The position numbers and the translations under genes are program-made. The notes below the pieces were generated by a model. It was not told the origin of the DNA and did not search any database. It saw only the letters and a list, made by a program, of their open reading frames with translations. A DNA stretch of 64,000 nt from an uncultured bacterium (GTDB lineage: Bacteria; Patescibacteriota; Minisyncoccia; Phycocordibacterales; DATDWN01), in NCBI GenBank assembly GCA_963727715.1, contig CAVSGX010000004.1, positions 82,582 to 146,581 of the forward strand. The letters run 5' to 3'. This document shows, one piece after another, positions 20,214 to 31,252 of the stretch. Every line of letters begins with the position of its first letter. Within the stretch, counting starts at the first letter, position 1.

Positions 20214-21278
20214 CTAGATTCCCATTTGAATCCGAACACTTGGTATGATTTGTATATGAAAAAAATTCTCAAAAGTTTTCGCATCTTTCCAAAAGCGACA
20301 GGAATGAAATCAAGATTTTGTTGGACAAAAAATATTCACAGAGAGACATTGCTCTGTCCTTAGGCAGAAGCAACTCAACCATTTCGGAAGAAATCAAGCT
20401 TGGCTCGGTTAGAAGCAAATATGATCCGCTCAAAGCTCACCACAAAGCATATGTCAGACGGTGGCAGTCCAAATACCAAGCGATGAAAATAGTGGAAGAT
20501 ACAGAACTGAGAAATTTTGTGGAGAAAAAACTTTTGAAAGACGATTCACCGGTCAATATTTCAGGCAGAATCAAGAAGCATGAAAAATATCTGACAAACA
20601 TTTCCAAAAACAGCATATACAGATACATCGAAAGCCTGTATGGCAGAAGAATTGAAAATCACAGGAACAAAAGAAAACAGAGGAGAAAAAATTGCAGACC
20701 AAAGTCGGAAAAGCTCAAAGACAGAGTTTTCATCGCCAAAAGACCTAAATATATAGCCACTAGAAAAAGAATTGGTGATGCTGAAGCTGATTTCATTGTT
20801 TCCGGCAAAAGTGGCAAAGGAATATTGCTTGTTGTTGCAGACCGAAAGTCTAGGACTCCATTTTTGGAGAAAATACTTCCAACCACCATTACTGAAGTTG
20901 AAAAGGGGTTTTTGAAAATCAAAGAGAGATTTCCTGAACTGAAAACTTTGACTTTGGACAACGACATTCTTTTCAGGCATCATGTGAGACTTGAAAAACT
21001 TTTGAATATCAAAATATATTTTTGCAACCCGTACCACTCTTGGGAAAAAGGCACTGTTGAAAAAGTGAACCGAGAGATACGAAAAGACATTCCGAAAGGC
21101 AGCAACATTTCCAAATATTCCAGGCAATTCATCTGTTCGATTGAAGAGAAACTTCAAAACAAAATATACAAATGTTTGAACTACCACACCCCTTTTGAAG
21201 TCTTGAACAAGCACAGAAAAAGAAAAAACACCTCTGACTCCAATTAGTCAGGGTGTTCGGTTTGAGGGGGGTTCGCAG
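20214..21278 (+). mobile_element. IS30-family insertion sequence, copy 1
   Basis: Transposase bounded by imperfect ~27-bp IRs sharing CCGAACAC; ends are approximate. Confidence 0.85.
20256..21247 (+). CDS. IS30-family DDE transposase (1-nt slip in an A-run just after the ATG)
   Basis: HTH, EADFIV, TLTLDND, YFCNPYHSWEKGTVE and CLNYHTP motifs. Confidence 0.93.
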
Positions 21279-21364
21279 GTGCTACCTCCACTTGTCATTA
21301 TACACCTTTTAAATTTAAAGTCAAGTGGATTTTGAGGCCAAAATAGGCTATATTTTAGGCAATT

Positions 21365-21946
21365 ATGTCACAACTTGAATACGATGAAATAAAGGAGAGA
21401 AAATACGTTGTCTTAGATGGCGAGCCGTGGGAGGTGCTGACTTCACATGTTTTTCGCAAGCAACAAAGAAAGCCGGTCAACGCGGTCAAATTGAAAAACC
21501 TCAAAAGCGGTAAAGTGACCGAGCGATCTTTTCATGTCTCCGAAAAAGCTGAGGAAGCCGAGATTGAAAATCGCGATGTGAAATATTTGTATGAAAACCG
21601 TGGCGAGTATTGGTTCTGTGAGCCAGATGATCCGTCAAAAAGATTTGAAATTGATTCTGATCTTATCGGACAGGAAATAAAATTCATCAAAACAAATTCC
21701 ATTTTGGCCGGACTTTACTTTGACGATGAAATCATCGGCGTGAAGTTTCCTATAAAAGTTGATCTCAAAGTTACCGAAGCCCACGACGCGGTCAAAGGCA
21801 ACACGGCCCAAGGTGGGACAAAACAGGTGGTAGTTGAAACTGGAGCAATCGTGAACGTCCCAATGTTTATAAAACAAGGTGAGATAATCCGCATCAACAC
21901 CGAAACCGGCGACTACGCCGAACGTGTCGGCGGAGCAAATTTCTAA
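21365..21946 (+). CDS. efp: Elongation factor P
   Basis: KLKNLKSG, KGNTAQG, VETGAIVNVPMFI and TETGDYAER motifs. Confidence 0.96.
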   Translation: MSQLEYDEIKERKYVVLDGEPWEVLTSHVFRKQQRKPVNAVKLKNLKSGKVTERSFHVSEKAEEAEIENRDVKYLYENRGEYWFCEPDDPSKRFEIDSDLIGQEIKFIKTNSILAGLYFDDEIIGVKFPIKVDLKVTEAHDAVKGNTAQGGTKQVVVETGAIVNVPMFIKQGEIIRINTETGDYAERVGGANF

Positions 21947-21994
21947 AAATTGACTGGGTACGAAAAAAATGCATAATTGATGGCAGAGGAAATA

Positions 21995-22321
21995 ATGTCA
22001 ACCCAATGTGGGCCATTACAAAATGATTTGATGAGCAACGCTTGTAGAGTTGCTGTTTTATTAGAAGATTTTGGAGATTGGCAGGTTGGAACAATGTCGC
22101 GAAGAGTGTGTCCTTTAAAAAAAGGAGAGGTTGTACTTTATTTAATAGAATCGGATGAAGTAGACAGGAAAGGAAATCCTAAAAGGGTTTTGGCACTAAA
22201 GGCGTCAAAAGTACCATTTGTTGATGTCAATACCACTCCTGAAAAATTGCACTCCGAGTTGCTCACAATGATTAAAGAAATAGGAATTCCTATCTCATTC
22301 AACAGTTTGAACAACGACTAA
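21995..22321 (+). CDS. Orphan protein
   Basis: TTGACT..CATAAT promoter, GAGG SD and downstream terminator. Confidence 0.6.
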   Translation: MSTQCGPLQNDLMSNACRVAVLLEDFGDWQVGTMSRRVCPLKKGEVVLYLIESDEVDRKGNPKRVLALKASKVPFVDVNTTPEKLHSELLTMIKEIGIPISFNSLNND

Positions 22322-22366
22322 AAACCCCAAAAGGGTTTTGTTTTTTATTAAAAAACAAGTTTACGA

Positions 22367-22573
22367 CTATCTAGAAACATAAGGAAGTAATCCCATGAAG
22401 CGAGCTCTTTTGACTGCTGTTGCGAGCAAGCGCTGATACTTTGAAGTCACACCTGTGCGCTTGTGGGAGATGATGCGAGCATGTGGGTTAAGAAACTTTT
22501 TCAAAAGTTCCACATCCTTGTAGTCGATGTATTTTATGTTGTTTTGGGTGAAGTAACACTGTTTGTTTGTCAT
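22367..22573 (-). CDS. rpsR: 30S ribosomal protein bS18
   Basis: IDYKDVELLKKF..QRLLATAVKRARFMGLLPY. Confidence 0.98.
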   Translation of the reverse strand: MTNKQCYFTQNNIKYIDYKDVELLKKFLNPHARIISHKRTGVTSKYQRLLATAVKRARFMGLLPYVSR

Positions 22574-22607
22574 GTCTTTTTTAAGATTAAAGTTTATTTT
22601 GTAACTG

Positions 22608-22733
22608 TTTTTTCTGAGGATTTTTGTTGAATTTCAAGGCGGATGAGAAAAATAATTTGAGCAATATAGTAATATTGTGAAAATTATTTTACCGAAATCC
22701 AACGCAGAAATTCGGCAAAAATACCAGAAAAAA
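22608..22733. repeat. Long interrupted palindrome between ssb and rpsR
   Basis: Outer arms TTTTTTCTG..ATTTTTGTTGAATTTC / GAAATTCGGCAAAAAT..CAGAAAAAA with an inner AAAATAATTT stem. Confidence 0.7.
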
Positions 22734-23186
22734 CTAGAAAGGAATGTCCTCGGGGTTTATCTCTTCTTCCGGATATTCAATGGTATCCAAAGCCTTTTTG
22801 TCGTCTTCGTGGACCGGAGGCGTTGCTGTACCAGCAGACTGAACAAATGGCGCTCCACTAGGTTTGGGACCGAATTGAATGCGGTCGGCGATGATTTCGG
22901 TGCGATATTTTTTCACTCCACTCGCGTCGTCCCAACTTCGAGTCTGCATTCGGCCTTCTACCAAAATGGAACTGCCCTTCTTCATATACTGCCCAACAAT
23001 TTCGGCTTGACGACCGAAAACGACGACATTGTGATAATCGGTGTTTTCTTGTTTGACGCCGTTTTTGTCTTTCCAAACACGATTGGTGGCCACCGAGAAA
23101 CTAGCCACTCGAACGCCGGACGGTAAACTTTTAAGCTCCGGATCGCGAGTCAGATTGCCTATGATCATTGCTTTGTTTAAGTACAT
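22734..23186 (-). CDS. ssb: Single-stranded DNA-binding protein
   Basis: LNKAMIIGNLTRDPE start and EDIPF C-terminus. Confidence 0.99.
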   Translation of the reverse strand: MYLNKAMIIGNLTRDPELKSLPSGVRVASFSVATNRVWKDKNGVKQENTDYHNVVVFGRQAEIVGQYMKKGSSILVEGRMQTRSWDDASGVKKYRTEIIADRIQFGPKPSGAPFVQSAGTATPPVHEDDKKALDTIEYPEEEINPEDIPF

Positions 23187-23203
23187 AATATTTAAATTAA
23201 ATA

Positions 23204-23692
23204 TTAAACGATAACAAGTTCGTCAATACTTTTATCAATCTCTTCCGGTGTCGATTCCGGTTCGGAGAGTTCTGGTTGTTTGACGACAAATTCTTTTTTC
23301 TCTTCTTTCTCTCCACGCAACTGCATTTTGCCGTGGAGAAGAGTATTTTCTCTGACTGTTTTAATAATTAAATATCGGAGAATGTTGTCATCCAAATCAA
23401 GATTTTTCTTTACCTCTTTTATTCCTTCCTTGTCCATTTCAAACTTCACCCAGCCAAAATAGCCTCTGTCACATTTGTGGCGAGTGGTAGAAACGACCTT
23501 TGTCATCGGATAAGCCAGATCCACGAGAATCGGATTCTCGGAAGAGATCAACTCACCGTCCCTCTCCACAATTGCCTTTTCTGTGGCAATTGTAGAGAGG
23601 GAAACTTGCTCTAAGGCAAGGGACGGAAGGAGAAGGTAGGAAACCTCGTAAATGGTTGCTAAATCCCCTTTTTCTTTGTTGTCTTTTTGCAT
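23204..23692 (-). CDS. rpsF: 30S ribosomal protein bS6
   Basis: YEVSYLL, LAYPM and ILRYLIIK motifs; rpsF-ssb-rpsR synteny. Confidence 0.93.
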   Translation of the reverse strand: MQKDNKEKGDLATIYEVSYLLLPSLALEQVSLSTIATEKAIVERDGELISSENPILVDLAYPMTKVVSTTRHKCDRGYFGWVKFEMDKEGIKEVKKNLDLDDNILRYLIIKTVRENTLLHGKMQLRGEKEEKKEFVVKQPELSEPESTPEEIDKSIDELVIV

Positions 23693-23782
23693 AGGGACAG
23701 ACTAACACAAAAATAATTTTCAGGCAAATACCTAGACTTGCATTATTCTGCAAGATGTGTAGTATTAATTTCGGAGTCACTC

Positions 23783-24022
23783 ATGGTAATTGAAATCCGG
23801 CCAGATATTTATGCGACAAAAAATGGTCCCCAAATCTATTTAGTAGGGACCGAGGAAGAAATCCAGCGAGCTCACGAGATATTTGATAAACGACAAATAA
23901 AGTCTCAAGATAAATTTGAACATGTAGCTTTTTTCGGGATTATTGAATCTCTAATGGGGATTGGCAAAACCGTAGAGATCTATAGTGGCAGTCCAGTCGC
24001 CATGGATCTCAAGGTAAAATAA
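23783..24022 (+). CDS. Small orphan protein
   Basis: TTGCAT..TAGTAT promoter, GGAG SD and terminator near 24033-24060. Confidence 0.55.
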   Translation: MVIEIRPDIYATKNGPQIYLVGTEEEIQRAHEIFDKRQIKSQDKFEHVAFFGIIESLMGIGKTVEIYSGSPVAMDLKVK

Positions 24023-24099
24023 ATTGTGTTAAGCCATCTGTAAGAATACAGGTGGTTTTTGTTTTTGTAAAAGAAAAAGTGCCGGTTGCCCGAACACCT

Positions 24100-24312
24100 T
24101 TACAAAAACACTAATGTTTCTACTTCACCCTTTTCGTTAACATGCTGTATTTTACCTTTTCCTTCCAACATGGCGTAGATTTTGAAACTAAGCTTAATTG
24201 ATTTTCTAATGGCCCCAGCATGAGAAAGCGTATCACTTATTTTCTTAAGTCTTTTCAAATCGTCAAATTCCTCCGGAGACATATCTATTGAAACCCTGAC
24301 TCGTCTTTCCAT
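24100..24312 (-). CDS. Small ribbon-helix-helix (CopG-like) DNA-binding protein
   Basis: RVRVSIDMS strand followed by two helices (..AIRKSIKL). Confidence 0.6.
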   Translation of the reverse strand: MERRVRVSIDMSPEEFDDLKRLKKISDTLSHAGAIRKSIKLSFKIYAMLEGKGKIQHVNEKGEVETLVFL

Positions 24313-24347
24313 ATAGACCCTCTGCAAGCAATCCTACCTCACTAGAT

Positions 24348-25148
24348 TTATTTAGTCAATTTGAAATTTCTCACTGCATTTTTCACCAAAGTTTTTTTGA
24401 CCAAGTCGAGATTCTCACCGCGGATGCGGGCAATGGCTGAGACGACTTCTGGAACGTAGAGTGGAGAGTTGCGTTTGCCACGATATGGCGCCGGCGCGAC
24501 AAACGGCGCATCTGTTTCAGACATTATCATTTCAATCGGCGCGTAGCGAATATATTCATTATATTCGCTGGTAAAAGTGACAACGCCAGCGAAAGAAACA
24601 GTAAAGCCAATATTCAAAAATCTTTTCAAAACTTCCAAACCCCCGACAAAAAAGTGCGCGTTGCCATGAAGTTTTTCACCGACGGTTTTAGTATGATGTT
24701 CTAGAATTTCCAGAGCGTCGAAATACGCATCAAAATTTATTTTATCTGACGGACGGATGTGAAGCATCAAAGGCTTCCCGACAAGAAGTGACAGTTCAAT
24801 TTGTTTTTCAAAAATTTCTTTTTGGGCTTTTTTTATTTTCTCCGCGTCTTCAGTTAGACGGAAATAATCCAGTCCGCACTCGCCGATAGCCACGACTTTT
24901 GGATTTTTGGCCAGTTCGGAAATTCTCTCGTCAAATCCACCTGGTAAATTTTCGGGGTGTTGGCCAACACAGGCAAAAATATTTTCGTGCTTTTCAGCAA
25001 GCTCAATTTCTTTTTTTGAAGTATCAAAATCAACACCGACGGAAATGGTGCCGATTTTACTTTTCTTCATTCCTGAAATTATTTCTTCCCTGTCCGCGTT
25101 GTAATCAGGAAATGACAAGTGTGAGTGTATATCAAAATATTCAAACAT
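24348..25148 (-). CDS. tatD: TatD family hydrolase
   Basis: DIHSHL, GQHP, AIGECGLDY and ETDAPF motifs. Confidence 0.96.
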   Translation of the reverse strand: MFEYFDIHSHLSFPDYNADREEIISGMKKSKIGTISVGVDFDTSKKEIELAEKHENIFACVGQHPENLPGGFDERISELAKNPKVVAIGECGLDYFRLTEDAEKIKKAQKEIFEKQIELSLLVGKPLMLHIRPSDKINFDAYFDALEILEHHTKTVGEKLHGNAHFFVGGLEVLKRFLNIGFTVSFAGVVTFTSEYNEYIRYAPIEMIMSETDAPFVAPAPYRGKRNSPLYVPEVVSAIARIRGENLDLVKKTLVKNAVRNFKLTK

Positions 25149-25149
25149 T

Positions 25150-26608
25150 TTAATCTTTTCGCAAAAAGAGCGGTTTTTCTGGAGATTTGTTTTCTTTAAC
25201 AAGTTTTTTTATTTTTTCAGATGTTTTTGGCATTATTGGATTTAGCATTTTGGCAACAGAATACAATCTGACAATCAATTCCGTTATCATTTTTTGTCCG
25301 GACTCTTTGTTGGTCTTCACTACTTTGAACGGTTGATTTTCCTGAATGAATTTATCCATCTCGGTAATTTCAGTCCAAATAAAATCGCAAGCTTTGGAAA
25401 TTTCAAATTGATCGATCAAGTCAAAAAATTTTTGTGGGATTGATTCTTCTGGAATTTTTATTGGTTTATCTAAATTATTTTCTGCCATTTTCATCACCCG
25501 CGAAACTAAGTTGCCGAGACCATTAGCTAGATTGGCATTGTAGGCCTCTTTGAATTTTTCCATTGTGAAAATGCCATCTTCAAAAGGAGGAATTTCTCTG
25601 ACCATGAAATAACGTAGTGGATCAGCCCCATATTCGGCCACCACTTCATAAGGATCGACGGTATTGCCAAGACTCTTGCTCATTTTGACACCACCTTCGC
25701 CGGTGATAAAACCATCAATTACAATTTGTTTGGACGGCGTAAGTCCCGCGGACTTGAGCATGGCTTGCCACATAGCCGACTGTTGGCGCAGATTGTCCTT
25801 GCCTGCATACTGAACCACCCCGCCGGAATTTTTCCACCATTTTTCAAATTTTTCCGGATCACTCGGCCAACCGATAGCCGAAATGTAATTGACCAGAGCG
25901 TCAAACCAAACATACATGACATGATTGGAATCGTTTGGCACGGGCACACCCCACGGCATTTTTTCTTTCAAACGAGAGATACTGAAATCTTCCAAACCCC
26001 TTTCCACAAATTTTTCTATTTCATATTGTCGAAATTGCTGGAAAAACAAATTTTGGATTTTCTTTGTACAAATCCAAAAGATATTTTTGATATTTGGAAA
26101 ATTTAAAAAAATAATTTTCTTCTTCGCGGATTTCGATTTGGCGATTTGGGTGCAGTGGGCATTTTCCATCCATCAAGTCCGATTCGGTTTTTGGCAACTC
26201 ACAACCAGTGCAATATTTTATTTTGTAATTTTTTTTGTAAATGTCTCCAGCTTCAAAACATTTTTGCCAAAAGGCTTGAGCTGATTTAATATGATGCTCG
26301 TCTGTTGTGCGAATAAAATTATATTCTACACCGGAAACATTTGAAGCAAGATCTAAAAGTTTAGCCAAGCCTTTGAATTTTTCAACGGAAGTATCAACAT
26401 ATTCTTGTGGTGTTTTGTCTTCATTTACGGCATTTTCATATATTTTGGCTCCGTGTTCATCCGTACCAGTATTGAAAAAAACCTCAAAACCCTGAAGTTG
26501 CTTGCTTCGGGCGATAATGTCAGCCCGAATGATTTCCATGGCAAAACCGATGTGAGGATCAGAATTCACATACGGCAAAGTCGTGGTGATGTAAAAAGTT
26601 TTTTCCAT
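25150..26608 (-). CDS. metG: Methionine--tRNA ligase (frameshift near 26037, probably an assembly indel)
   Basis: PYVNSDPHIGF, TGTDEHG, YVWFDAL and KMSKSLGN across two overlapping ORFs. Confidence 0.95.
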
Positions 26609-26624
26609 AAATTTTATCCGAATA

Positions 26625-27703
26625 CTAATTTCGGGCTTTCATTCTTTCAATTTTTTCTATTTTGTTGCGTTCCAAATCGTCAAAAAATTCGATGAAAATA
26701 GTGGCAATCGGCACGGACAAAACGAGCCCAGAAAACCGGCTAGCTCAAAACCGGCTATTAAAGCTACCATGGAAACAATTGGTGGAACTCCGACCACTTT
26801 CTTGACAACAAGCGGATAGATTAACTGATTTTCAAATTGGTGAACAATGAGATAAAGCCCGACTACCAATATCACTGAAGCAAAACCCCCGTTGACAAAA
26901 GAAATGGCGATGGCCGGCACAGAAGCCAAGATGGGGCCGAACAAAGGAATAATCTCAAAAGCGGCTGCCAAAACGGCCAAAAGAAGAGCATTCGGCACAT
27001 TCAAGAGAAGAAGACCTAAATAAACCAACACCCCGATAATAACAGCCAGAATTATTTGCCCTTGCATCCATAGACCTATTTTTTTCTGGGACCTTCTCCA
27101 AAGATCTATGATGTAGTCTTCGTGTTTGAGAGGAGTGACAATTTTCAAAAATTTACCAATACCATCTCTCTCAACCGATAAATAAAAAGACATAATAATC
27201 ATCATAAAAAAACTCAAAATGCCACCGAAGACTGAAGAAATGGTGTTGAATGTGTTGTTGCTAAGACTGGCGATAGTGTTGTTGATTTGAGATATTATTT
27301 GTTCCAGATTGGCGCTGTTTTTCAAATTATTGACGATTGATTGAGAGGAAAGAAATTTACTTTGATCTATCGTGTTGGAAACAGTGTCAACATTAAAATA
27401 AGTTGGCAGATCTTTCAAAAACTGACTGGACTCGGAAAGAAGGGGCAGAATCAAAAAATAGACAACACAGACCAAAATGACAGCTAGGGATAAGTAAACT
27501 AAAATAACAGATAAAAGCCTTGGTGTTTTTCGTCTGATTAACCATTGGGTCGCAGGTTCAATGGCTGAAGCTATAACGATAGACAAGAGAACTATCAAAA
27601 CAAGATTTTTCAGCAAAAATAAAGTCCAAAACAAAAGGAGAATTAGGACGGTTTTGATAATCGTCCCGGCGCTTATATGAATGACACTTTCCAAACGTTC
27701 CAT
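26625..27703 (-). CDS. AI-2E (PerM) family transporter (frameshift near 26730)
   Basis: EIIPLFGP and HQFENQLIYP motifs; the alternate frame restores LSVPIA...MKARN*. Confidence 0.88.
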
Positions 27704-27741
27704 GGGCATATCCTAACATTAATTGATGATTTTGTAAAAAA

Positions 27742-29010
27742 TCAGAAGCGAAATGTTTTTTTAAGTTTTCCCGGATTTTTGATATTGCCGACAATAGCCA
27801 TATTCAGATGATTATTTTTGAAAACTTCTTTGGCCACATTTTTGATTTCAGTGGCAGTGACTTTTTGGATTTTTTCGGAAAATTCCAATGGTGTTAACAT
27901 TTTTTCAGTCAAAATAAATTGACTGGCACAATCCCAGGCCACAGAGTCCGATGATTCCAGTCCGAGATACATATGACCGAGAAGAAAATCTTTGGCTTTT
28001 TTTATTTCTTCAGCCGGAACAAGTTCTTTGGTAAATTTTTTCATCTCTCCCAACACGGCTTTTACCACTTCCAAAATCCTTTTTGTGTCCACACCGGTGG
28101 AAACAGCCAGATATCCGTGGTCAGTAAATTCATTGACGCCGGAATGAACATAATAACCAACGCCCATTTCGTCACGCAACTTCTGAAAAAGACGAGAGCT
28201 CATGCCCATACCGAGAACGGTGTTCAAAATATAGAGCGGATAATTTTTCTTTTCTTTGGCTCCGTAAGTTTTTACACCCAAAATAATATGGGTCTGATCC
28301 GTTTCTTTGTGTTTTATTTTGATATTTGGTTTTGTTTGTTTTTCAACAATACTTATCTTGTCAGTTTTTTTACTGGTCGGAATTTCTTGAAAAACTTTCC
28401 CAATTTTTTCAATGACTTTTTTTTCATTTATATTGCCGGTCACAACAACAATCGTGCCTTTGGCCACATAATGCTTTCGTCTGTATTCCAGAAAATCCTC
28501 CCGCGACATTTTTTTGACATTTTCTTTTGTGCCGGCAATGTTCCACCCGGCCGGTTGGTCGCCATACATCGCTTCCATAAAAACATCGTGGACAATGCGG
28601 TTTGGCATATCCTCGTACATATTTATTTCTTCCACAATCACACCTTTCTCTTTTTCAATTTCTTTCTCGTCAAAAACCGGGTGAAGATATATGTCCGAAA
28701 CAACGTCCAAAATTTTTGAGAAATGTTTTGGGTAAGCTTTGGCGTAGTAACCAGTGTATTCCTGCCCGGTAAAAGCGTTGTTCTGGGCGCCGAGACTGTC
28801 CAGCTCGCGGGAAATATCAATAGCTTTCGGCCGTCTGGTTGTGCCTTTAAAACACATGTGCTCCAAAAAATGCGACAGGCCGTTTATCTTTTTGTTTTCG
28901 TATTTCGAGCCGGCTTTGACCACAACCAAAACCGTGACCGACGGATTGTCTTTCATCGGCGCAGTAATAATGGTCAGACCGTTTTTCAACTTTGTTTTTT
29001 TGTATTTCAT
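27742..29010 (-). CDS. M16 family zinc peptidase
   Basis: GLSHFLEHMCFKGT, NAFT and GMSSRLFQKLR motifs. Confidence 0.96.
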   Translation of the reverse strand: MKYKKTKLKNGLTIITAPMKDNPSVTVLVVVKAGSKYENKKINGLSHFLEHMCFKGTTRRPKAIDISRELDSLGAQNNAFTGQEYTGYYAKAYPKHFSKILDVVSDIYLHPVFDEKEIEKEKGVIVEEINMYEDMPNRIVHDVFMEAMYGDQPAGWNIAGTKENVKKMSREDFLEYRRKHYVAKGTIVVVTGNINEKKVIEKIGKVFQEIPTSKKTDKISIVEKQTKPNIKIKHKETDQTHIILGVKTYGAKEKKNYPLYILNTVLGMGMSSRLFQKLRDEMGVGYYVHSGVNEFTDHGYLAVSTGVDTKRILEVVKAVLGEMKKFTKELVPAEEIKKAKDFLLGHMYLGLESSDSVAWDCASQFILTEKMLTPLEFSEKIQKVTATEIKNVAKEVFKNNHLNMAIVGNIKNPGKLKKTFRF

Positions 29011-29063
29011 GTTGCTGAATATAGCATAATTTGAATGAATTAAAAACCCCGAAACTTCGGGGC

Positions 29064-29576
29064 TTAATCTGGGAAAGATTCTACTTCTCTTATCCGAACT
29101 GGCCTGAGAAGAGTTTTTTGATCTGGACCATACCAGACATTGGCAATGATCTTTTGCCCATATCGAATAATTGGATTGAGCCAAAATGGATCAGCCAACA
29201 TCATCTTGTGAAATGGCCACCTCCACATCTGATACCATTTCGGGTTGACCATTTCATTTGTGCTTTGTGGCAGACCTTTCCAATTTCTTGCGAAATAAAC
29301 ATGGGCTTCAAAAATAAAGGGCTTGCCGTTTTCTCCTATATTGTGAAAATTGACAATGGCTACTTTTAAGAGACTTCGTCGGTCAATCTTAAGACCGCAT
29401 TCTTGCTCTACTTCACGGACACAACAATCTTCAAGACTTTCACCTTTTTCTTGTTTCCCGCCAAAACCATTTAGTTTTCCTTTTCCTATATCATCAACTT
29501 TTTTGGCCAAGAGCACTTCTGACCCCGGCCGAACAATAAAACACAGCGTGCCCCTAATCACTTTCATTTTTGGCAT
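29064..29576 (-). CDS. NUDIX hydrolase (8-oxo-dGTPase-like)
   Basis: NGFGGK..GES...REVEQECGL Nudix box; has an SD. Confidence 0.88.
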   Translation of the reverse strand: MPKMKVIRGTLCFIVRPGSEVLLAKKVDDIGKGKLNGFGGKQEKGESLEDCCVREVEQECGLKIDRRSLLKVAIVNFHNIGENGKPFIFEAHVYFARNWKGLPQSTNEMVNPKWYQMWRWPFHKMMLADPFWLNPIIRYGQKIIANVWYGPDQKTLLRPVRIREVESFPD

Positions 29577-29631
29577 TTTTGCTCCAGAACTTATCCTACT
29601 CTTGTGCTATAATAATGCAAGGAGCCAGAAA

Positions 29632-29829
29632 ATGAAAAGGATCTTGATGATCTTAACAGATAAAGGTTTTACTGATTTGTTGTTGCCAAGCCTTGGTGAC
29701 ACTTTGAAGATTGTCGGGCCAATGATTGTACTCCTTTTGTTCTTTATTTTGTATAAATACGAACAACGCAAAAAAATGCTCTTTGATTTTGTGAAATATG
29801 GTATGTATAGAGGCAGCGGTCAGAGATGA
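29632..29829 (+). CDS. Small orphan membrane protein
   Basis: TGCTATAAT promoter element, AAGGAG SD and one TM helix. Confidence 0.5.
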   Translation: MKRILMILTDKGFTDLLLPSLGDTLKIVGPMIVLLLFFILYKYEQRKKMLFDFVKYGMYRGSGQR

Positions 29830-29839
29830 CCGCTGTTTT

Positions 29840-31226
29840 TTAAATTTTAGATTTCACGAAATTGACCAGTTCAGCAATTGGCATTCTGGTTTGTTCGCCT
29901 GTGTCGCGGTCGCGGACAGTCACGCCATTGTTTTTTTCAATCGTTTCAAAATCAACGGTCACACAAAACGGCGTGCCGATTTCGTCTTGTCTGCGGTAGC
30001 GTTTGCCGATGTTGCCGTTGTCGTCAAACTCGCATTGAAATTCTTTACGCAACATCTGAAAAACTTCGCGCGCTTTGGAGACAAGTTCCGGTTTGTTTTT
30101 CAAGAGCGGAAATACTGCAACTTTGACGGGAGCCAATTTTGGTGATAAACGAAGCACAATACGTTTCTCCCCCCCAAGTTCATCCTCGTCATATGCATCA
30201 AGCAAAACAATAAGAGACAATCTGCCCATACCCATCGAGGTCTCAAGTATCCACGGGATATATTTTTCTCCAGTCTCTTGATCGACATAATTAAGATCTG
30301 TTCCAGAAGATTTCATATGTTGAGTGAGATCATAATCGGAGCGGTCATGAATACCCATAAGTTCGTCGAACCCCCATGGAAATTTATATTCGATATCCCA
30401 CGCATCTTTTGCGTAAAAGACCAGATTTTCATGCTGATGCCATTTCAGATGATCTTTTTTGACACCAAGTGAAAGTAGCCAGTCCCATTGTTCGTGCTTG
30501 ATAAACTCAAATGCGTCCTTGTTCTCATTCGGCCTGACAAACAACTGTGTATCTGCCTGTTCCATTTCGCGCACTCTGAAAAGAAAATTGCGCGGGGATA
30601 TCTCATTACGAAAAGCTTTACCTATTTGAGCGACACCAAAAGGAATTTTGGGGTGCATTGAATCAACAATATTTTTGTAATCAAGATAAATACCTTGACA
30701 AGCCTCACCCGGCAAATACACCGTGTCCAATCCTTCAGAAGTGAAATCACCTAAATTGCTTTTCACCAAAAGATTAAACTTGCGAACTTTAGAAAAATCT
30801 TTGGCCCCGCATTTTTCACAAGTTATTTTGTCGCGATTTTCGTCAAAAATTTCGTTTAACTTTTTTTCATCCATCTTTTCGTCAGCGTTTATACCAATCG
30901 CGTTTAAAACCTTATCAACTCTGATGCGAGTGTTGCATTTTTTGCATTCAGCTAAGGGGTCGGCAAATCCGGTGGTATGTCCACTGGCATCCCAAACACG
31001 CGGGTGTTTGAACATACCGGCATCCAGCCCGTAATAATTATCTTTCTGATAAACATTGGCCTTCCACCATTCCTGTTTCAAATTATTTAAGAAGTTCTAC
31101 CCCGCGTGGTCCAAAGTCGTAGATCCCAGCCAATCCCCCGTAAATTTCCGATCCGGCAAAAATAAAACCACGCCTTTTACACAAGGACACAATTTTCTCC
31201 ATCAAATCTTTTTTTTGTTCTGCCAT
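29840..31226 (-). CDS. glyQS: Glycine--tRNA ligase, alpha2 type (frameshift near 31090)
   Basis: [15 protein letters not shown] upstream, then [18 protein letters not shown] and [14 protein letters not shown]. Confidence 0.96.
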
Positions 31227-31252
31227 AATTTTTGATACTACATTAAAAGAAT

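Noticed and set aside
20256-20270. A7 run at the IS30 transposase start as a programmed frameshift
   Set aside because: It cannot be distinguished from a homopolymer error, and the second IS30 has no such slip.
26020-31100. metG, AI-2E and glyQS frameshifts as recoding sites
   Set aside because: There is no shared slippery motif or stimulatory structure, and one-base fixes restore the canonical proteins.
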